Shown here piece by piece: positions 12,308 through 64,000 of a stretch of DNA of 64,000 nucleotides (the first letter of the stretch is position 1; the number at the start of each line of letters is the position of its first letter). The notes beneath the pieces were generated by a model. The model saw nothing but the letters and a program-made list of their open reading frames with translations. It was not told the DNA's origin and searched no databases. Source of the stretch: the human T2T-CHM13v2.0 reference genome, Homo sapiens; the NCBI RefSeq assembly GCF_009914755.1, contig NC_060940.1. One strand, written 5' to 3'. The position numbers and the translations under genes were made by a program.

Positions 12308-12829
12308 AGTGCGCCCTGAGCGCGGGACAGGGCTAGGTCTGCCTGGGAGGCCCGGGCCGAGACGCGCCAGCAGAGGGCTAGCGAGTTTGTAGTGCAGTGA
12401 CGTTAAGTGTCCGAGAAGGCTCCTGTGGCTGTTGAAGTGTCGCGGACCTGAGCTGGGGAGGGGGTCGGCACGCTGCCCTCAGCCTCGGTGAGTTCAATCC
12501 CAGCCATTTGGGGCAGGCGAGAGTGGGTGAACGAGGAAAAGTGCTGCAGGGTCTTCAGCCGCCCCCAGAGGGCTGTCAGAAGTCTCCAACTCTTGAGTTC
12601 CGGCGTGCCCCAACCTCTGTTTCCAAATTTTTCCAGCGGACGCGCGCCCTTTTCTGGGAACCCTGCGTCCGCTCAGCGCGCGCTCATCCCAGTGTCTAAG
12701 GCGCTCCCGGGTGGTCTTGGGAGTTGCAAGTAGGGAGGAACGGCCGGGTAACCACCTCTTTTCCCTTTATCCAAGCAGAGCCTCGGCGTGCCCCCAGGAC
12801 CGGTAAAGTTCCTCTCGCCAGCCGCATCC

Positions 12830-58581
<45,752 letters not shown>

Positions 58582-59994
58582 GCCTGCCTGGAGGAGAAGG
58601 AGGAACCCCCATGCCAATGTCCAGGTCACAGGCATCCGCTGCGCTCCCACCTCGGACACCATCTTGGGATTCCTCCCCTGGAAGTTGTCCTTTCTGATCC
58701 TCTCTTCTTTTCCCATTTACAAATGATTTCGTGACTGTAGTTTTTGTTCACCTTCTGTGCATCTGGCCTGGGGGCTGTTAGCTCAGAGGAGAGGAGCAAA
58801 CAGGAAAATGACTTCTGTTCTGTCCCCGCTGTTTTGGGGGAAGTCTCTCCCACTTTGGGATCCTGCTGAAGCTAGGTTCATGAGGTCGGAAATCCCCACC
58901 ACATTTGCCTAGACTTTGGGCACAGGAGTTCTTAGTCCACCAAATCAGAGAGAGGATGGGCTTTTGATCAGATACCCCTCCCAAAAAAAAAAAAAAACTA
59001 AAACTAAAGCAAAAATCAAACAAAATCTGGCTGAGTTTAGTGGGGTGGTTGGGGAAGGTACATAGACCCTCCTCTTGCCCACCCTAGACAGCCCTCTCAT
59101 GTCTGAACCTCAGCCTGGGAGTTAGATTTATTTGTCTCTAAAATGAAGTCAGTGGATAGATGCTTTGAGGGATTTTGAGTAGAAACATTCATAGTTAATT
59201 TTCACTCTGGCCAATCTGAGTTTGATGTGTGTGTTCTGGAACATTCCTCCAGCTTTTGGTGGTCAGATGGCCCAGAGATATGGGGGACAGGAGGAAGAGG
59301 GTAAATGAACCACAGTGAGCAGGTTCTAGGAGGTACCTGCATCAGACAAGCTGGTGGAGGCCACGTGGCAAGCCACATCTACTGAGGCCTCATGCTGCTC
59401 TTGCTCTGTAAGACACGGAGCCCAGAAACCCATCTGCACTTCCTGAGACCTGCCTGGGGAAACGGGGGCAGGGACCAAGTGAGGCCTCATGTGTGTCTTC
59501 ACCGTGCTGTCCTCACAAGGCCAGGTGGGTGCCCAAAGGGAGCCTGACAGGCTGTTGTGTTAATTTATTGTTCTTGCACACCTGCACAGCCTCCCTCTGG
59601 GGATCCCACCTGGAGTGGACCAGGGGTCTTGAGAAATGGAGAGTTGGCTGCAAAAACTCTCATGCACTAGATGTGGCACCTTGGAGGGCAGGGTGAGACA
59701 AGCAGCCCAGAAATACTCTCTCAAGTGGAGGGGAGAATTTTGAGAGTGGATGGAACAGTTTGGTGGTTTCAGAGAATTTCTAGGTTTCTACTTGGATCTA
59801 CTTCTGATACAAACTTGCACTTGGTGCCCTCTGGTGGTGTTTAGTTTTAGTTCCGTAAGAGAAATGATTCCTAGTTTGCTAAATTGGTGGCATCTTTGGG
59901 AGGGGTTTCTGTTTATGGTTAGAGTCTCTTACACCCTTGTTGGAGGGATTCTTATTCTGACTGTGGGAGCTCCTGTTGCAGGATCTTGGGAAAA

Positions 59995-60000
59995 AATAAA
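59995..60000 (+). terminator. Proximal polyadenylation signal
   Basis: AATAAA followed about 45 nt later by GU-rich ggggtgttgttg. Confidence 0.75.
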
Positions 60001-60379
60001 GAAGCCGCTGCATTCGCACGTCAAGAAGGTGCTTTGCCTCAAATTGGGGTGTTGTTGAGCCTGGTGGTTCCTGCATGAAGAGGATTATGAGGGGACCAGG
60101 GTGGGGCAGGGAGATGGTTTTGTCTCCCAGGGTCCTGAGGTTTCCTTGCTGGGTCGGGGTCCTCAGGTCATTCTATAGATAAAAGAGGGAAAATCAGGAG
60201 ACTTTGAATCTTTCTGTATAAAAAGGTCAGCTGAATGCCTGAGACAGCCCAGGTGGCAGGTGTCTTGGAGCCCTGTGAACAGTGAGGCTTAAGAATGGAG
60301 AACAATCAGGTCGGGGTCTGGGCCCCATTAGTGACTTTATATCCTCCCATAAAAGGTAACTTCTTCCTAGGTGTTACCA

Positions 60380-60431
60380 TTTTTCTTTTCGTTTTTTGTT
60401 TTTGTTTTTGTTTGTTTGTTTGTTTGTTTGT
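60380..60431 (+). repeat. (TTTG)n/(TTTTTG)n microsatellite in the 3' UTR
   Basis: Seen directly. Confidence 0.85.
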
Positions 60432-61439
60432 AATAAAGCACTTTAATGCACATTACCTGCCATCTGCCCAGTGAGGACTGCAGGGCTATAGCTTCTATCT
60501 CCCCATTTCCCAGGTGAGAGAACCAAGGCCCAGCATTTTAGTCACTCTTGCTCAAGGTTTTTTAGCAACTAACAGATCGAGTTGGGCCTTCAATTCACAT
60601 CCACTGACTCTCAGCCCAGATTATTTTGAATATTCCCTGCACAATAGGGTTCACCCCACCCAGGACTGTCATTTTTAAAAAACTCATTCAAACCGCAAAG
60701 GAAAATTTCTTAGCAAAAGAACAATGTGTTGGAGGATGGGAAGGGGCGAGAGAATGCCATTTATTTTCCTCTAGCTGGTTTCCAGAGAGGAAATTATTTA
60801 GCTGCTCTCTTTTGATGAAAATAATCACTCTTTGGAATAGTTGGATGTGAAAAGCTGAGTCTACTTGGTTGAAATGAGAGCAAACAGTCAGCAAAGCCTT
60901 TTGCATTAGAGCAGGGTCGTGCTTCCGAGAGAGCCTGCCATTTCCTCTTTGCCATCTGCATGTGGCCCCTTCTGCCTCCAGACATTTGTCCCGGGGTGAA
61001 TCGGAGATGTGGTGCTAGCTGAACCAACACCAAACCAACGCAGTGGTGCTGCCTTGCGGCGGAAGTTGGCTCCTGAATCTGGGATGGGAACCTGGCTCCA
61101 AGCCTGGGTCCCCTGGGAGGGTGGGGGTACCCAGAAAGCCCTTGGAAGTTCTCGGGGAGGTGCTTGGAGATCATTTGGGTTTACCTTTCCACCCACATTT
61201 AATGGAGAGAGAGTATGGGCTTTATGTTAAGTCATCTTTGACTTCCTTTTTGTAGCTTGTTTTTAATAGCAGAGGTCACCCGGGACAAGGGTGCTGTGTA
61301 CTGTATATGACACTTGACGCTTTTGATATTTTTTCAGGTTTTTAAAGAATTATTATTTTTCATGAAATGTAAAATATCAGTTTGAGAACATCACATTTAC
61401 GTCTACTCAATGTCTAGTTATTTAGCACCCACCTTTTAG

Positions 61440-61451
61440 CTTTCATTCTAG
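61440..61451 (+). CDS. SLC6A2: SLC6A2 alternative terminal exon, 3-aa tail LSF*
   Basis: accttttag|CTT TCA TTC TAG; consistent with the recalled 3-residue C-terminal variant. Confidence 0.75.
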   Translation, partial: LSF

Positions 61452-61508
61452 ATGAAAACGAGACAAGGGAGAAGGAGAGCTACCAACTCTTGCCAGATAT
61501 CCTGCTGA
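61452..61508 (+). CDS. SLC6A2: SLC6A2 alternative terminal exon, 18-aa tail MKTRQGRRRATNSCQISC* (628-aa isoform)
   Basis: tttcattctag|ATGAAAACG...TGCTGA, phase 0 matching the exon 14 donor; matches the recalled human NET C-terminal variant. Confidence 0.9.
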   Translation: MKTRQGRRRATNSCQISC

Positions 61509-62268
61509 ACAGAAATCCCTGAAGCTGCCTTAATTCTCAAAAGGAGTTACCGCTCAGCTGGGAGCCAGTTCCTGCTATATGATCTGTTTTCTAGCCTCGC
61601 TAATGTGAGACTGAAGCATTCTTACCAAAGAAATCATTTCCTAGTAAAGAAGCCCATTGAACTCACTTTATTTGTTTATTTCCTTCGAAAGCCACCGAAG
61701 AGAGAAAAACAGAGAAGGTGTGTAGTGTGGCGGAAAAAGCACAGCATATAGTTTTACAGACTTGGGTCTGCAGCTGACTAGCTGGGTGGCCTGGGGATAG
61801 TGGCTTCATCTTTTGGGGCTTCAAGATTCTTTGTCTTTAAAATCAGATCATCAAAGTTCCCATTCCATTAAAGAAAACCCTGCATGTATCCATAATGATG
61901 CTCTCCTGTTAAATTTACAATGAAGGAAACACATCACTTAACTGTAAGAATTTCCCAAAATGAACTGATGACCAGTGATCTCTCTATCAGAGAAATGTCA
62001 GATTTCTAGCCTCCAGAACTTTGATTTTTCTGGACATTCAATAGTTCCTCTTTCTCAGATATTTTTCAACTGATGCCAGAAACACTTGGTATTTGTTTTT
62101 AATCCAACCCTTTTGTTTTGAGGCTTTGGAGGGTAACACATTTTCATACCCTGTGAGTCCCAGGATCCACAGCTCTGCTGTGGTCTCAGAAGCCACTGAA
62201 ACATTGGTGAATGTGAAGTCACTTTTGGGGTGCCTGCCCTCATCCCTCTGTCTCTCTGCTTCCGTGTA

Positions 62269-62395
62269 AATAAAGACTGTTTCAATTGTGTCCTCTCTGT
62301 GTCATGGACTGTTCCAATGTCATGCAGATTTCTGTGTCTGATATGGATTTTAAAAGTTGTTCTCTTCGTGGAATATAAGTGTACAGAATAATAAA
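62269..62395 (+). terminator. Distal polyadenylation signals (AATAAA at 62269 and 62390)
   Basis: Two canonical hexamers, each followed by TG-rich sequence. Confidence 0.7.
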
Positions 62396-64000
62396 TAATG
62401 TTTCCTGGGCTGTGTATCTGGTAGCAGAGTTCTGAATGCTTTCTTCCATGAAGGTGGAATGCTACAAATTATGTAAGGGAGGTGGGTGTATCTACGATCA
62501 GCTTCCAACTAGTAAAGAAGAGCGTCTGGTCATAGTGACCCACCTTTTAATCAAATAACTCTTTTTATAACCTATGGAAAAGGAGATTGGAAGGAGTTAA
62601 ATCTGTAATCTTAGCTTTGAGATTAACATATATTTTTAAATAAAAAGAGGGCACCAAGTGATACCAGGTTTAGTTTAGTTTAGTTTTCATTTCTAAGGCT
62701 GTTTCAAGGAGCTCAGAACCTCCTGTTGGATTGAATTAAATACACAATTTGGTGCATGTGTGAATTTTTCTGGGGAGAGGGATACATTCACATTTAGACC
62801 TTAGAAGATCTAAGTCTTTGTTTGGGGAAGATGTAAGCTGAGTATTGTCATTGTTTGGAGAAGATGTGAACTTATAGGTAATTATTTTTAATGCAAGCCA
62901 GCAAATAGATAGTGATACCAATGTAAAAGGGGTGTTGTCAAATAACTGTTCAGTCAATGTCTTCAAATATCTAAAGGCTGTCAGAGAGTGTGTGGTGGGC
63001 CCAAGTGCTGAAATGGTGCCAATGGTAGGAAGTCCAGGAAGACAGCTTGCAAGATTCTACCAGAATAGAGAATGGGCTGTTGCTGGAAGTGGTAACTCCA
63101 GCTCTAGAGATATGCAAGCAGATAGCAGGCAGTGTCTCCTGGGGATGCAATGTCAGGTGGAACTGGGGGGAGGGAGGTTGCACAACCTCTAAGATTCCTT
63201 CCATTTGGAGTTCCTAGGGTTGTTTTTTTTCTTTTTTCTTCTTCTTTTTTTTTTTTTTTTTTTTTTGACAGTCATAAGCCTGCCTTGTACAGCAGCACTG
63301 GGAGATGCAAATACATTCATGCCAAGGACCCTGGGGTAGGAGTGGTTTGGCCTCACAAATTAGAGTTGGGAAGATATCCCAGAGAGGCTATTATCATTCT
63401 GATCATTTTGTTTCAACCCAGAATTGGAGTTGGGCTTTATTATAGTGAATCAAACAGAAGACAGCTGCACTTCTGGCATTCCCTTGTGCCTGACGAGATC
63501 TGGTAAGCAGTGGTCCTGTGGGAGGAGGGGAGGGAGGCTGGTCCAGAGAAGGAAAGGGCAGCTGTTTTGTGGGGGTGATGGAGAATCTGGTGGCCCAGGC
63601 TTCCACCCTGTCCCCTAGGCTGACAACACAGTAGGAGAAGTCGGAGCAGCACAGATAAGCCTCACCTTAGGCACTTAGTGGGCTTCTGAATTTTCCCCAA
63701 TTTAATTGCACCCCATCCTACTTCTGGAGATTGGATAGCTTCATTTTTATCTCCTCCCCAAAGGCACTGATACACGTAGTCTCTATCTGGGGCTCAATTT
63801 GTTCCTCTACAGCGGATCGGGAGTGGTCAGAACTAAGTGTTCATGAATGGGTTTCAAAATTTTTCAGAATCTTCTGAGATTAAATTCAAACTTCTGTTTG
63901 AATGAATTTGTGCTCATTTTTGGGGAAAAAGGATCCAAACATTCATCAAGTTTTCAAATATTTAAAACCCACAAGTATATATTACTTTTGGGGGCCTCTC

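Larger units (their letters stand above)
58582..62420 (+). other. SLC6A2: SLC6A2 3' UTR (long form; end approximate)
   Basis: Follows the canonical stop; contains AATAAA at 59995, 60432, 62269 and 62390. Confidence 0.75.

Noticed and set aside
62814-62872. Diverged 33-bp period duplication (gtc.ttgtttgg.gaagatgt.a.ct)
   Set aside because: Only two copies downstream of the gene; not an array and no functional cue.

Overview
Human (primate) genomic DNA containing the whole SLC6A2 gene (norepinephrine transporter, NET) on the + strand. It comprises a CpG-island promoter, a non-coding exon 1 ending at 12304, and 14 coding exons (ATG 12830 to TGA 58581). I spliced these by hand at GT-AG junctions into an intact 1854-nt, 617-aa ORF. 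Two further C-terminal acceptors (61440, 61452) and several poly(A) signals lie downstream. The rest is ordinary intronic and intergenic DNA rich in Alu, L1, L2, MIR, LTR and DNA-transposon relics; repeat subfamilies are called by eye. I found no convincing new biological system, and nearly all ORFs in the supplied track are noise. The most notable observations are: (1) an in-frame intronic ATG beside a MER1B transposon that gives an N-truncated transporter; (2) a stop codon that doubles as a splice acceptor at the alternative C-terminus; (3) a 248-nt AG-free pyrimidine tract before exon 13; (4) a convergent CTCF motif pair bracketing the gene; (5) a MER53 hairpin in intron 11; (6) two local non-tandem duplications; (7) readable alleles at known functional SNPs. 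SNP identifiers and literature links are from recollection and need database confirmation.
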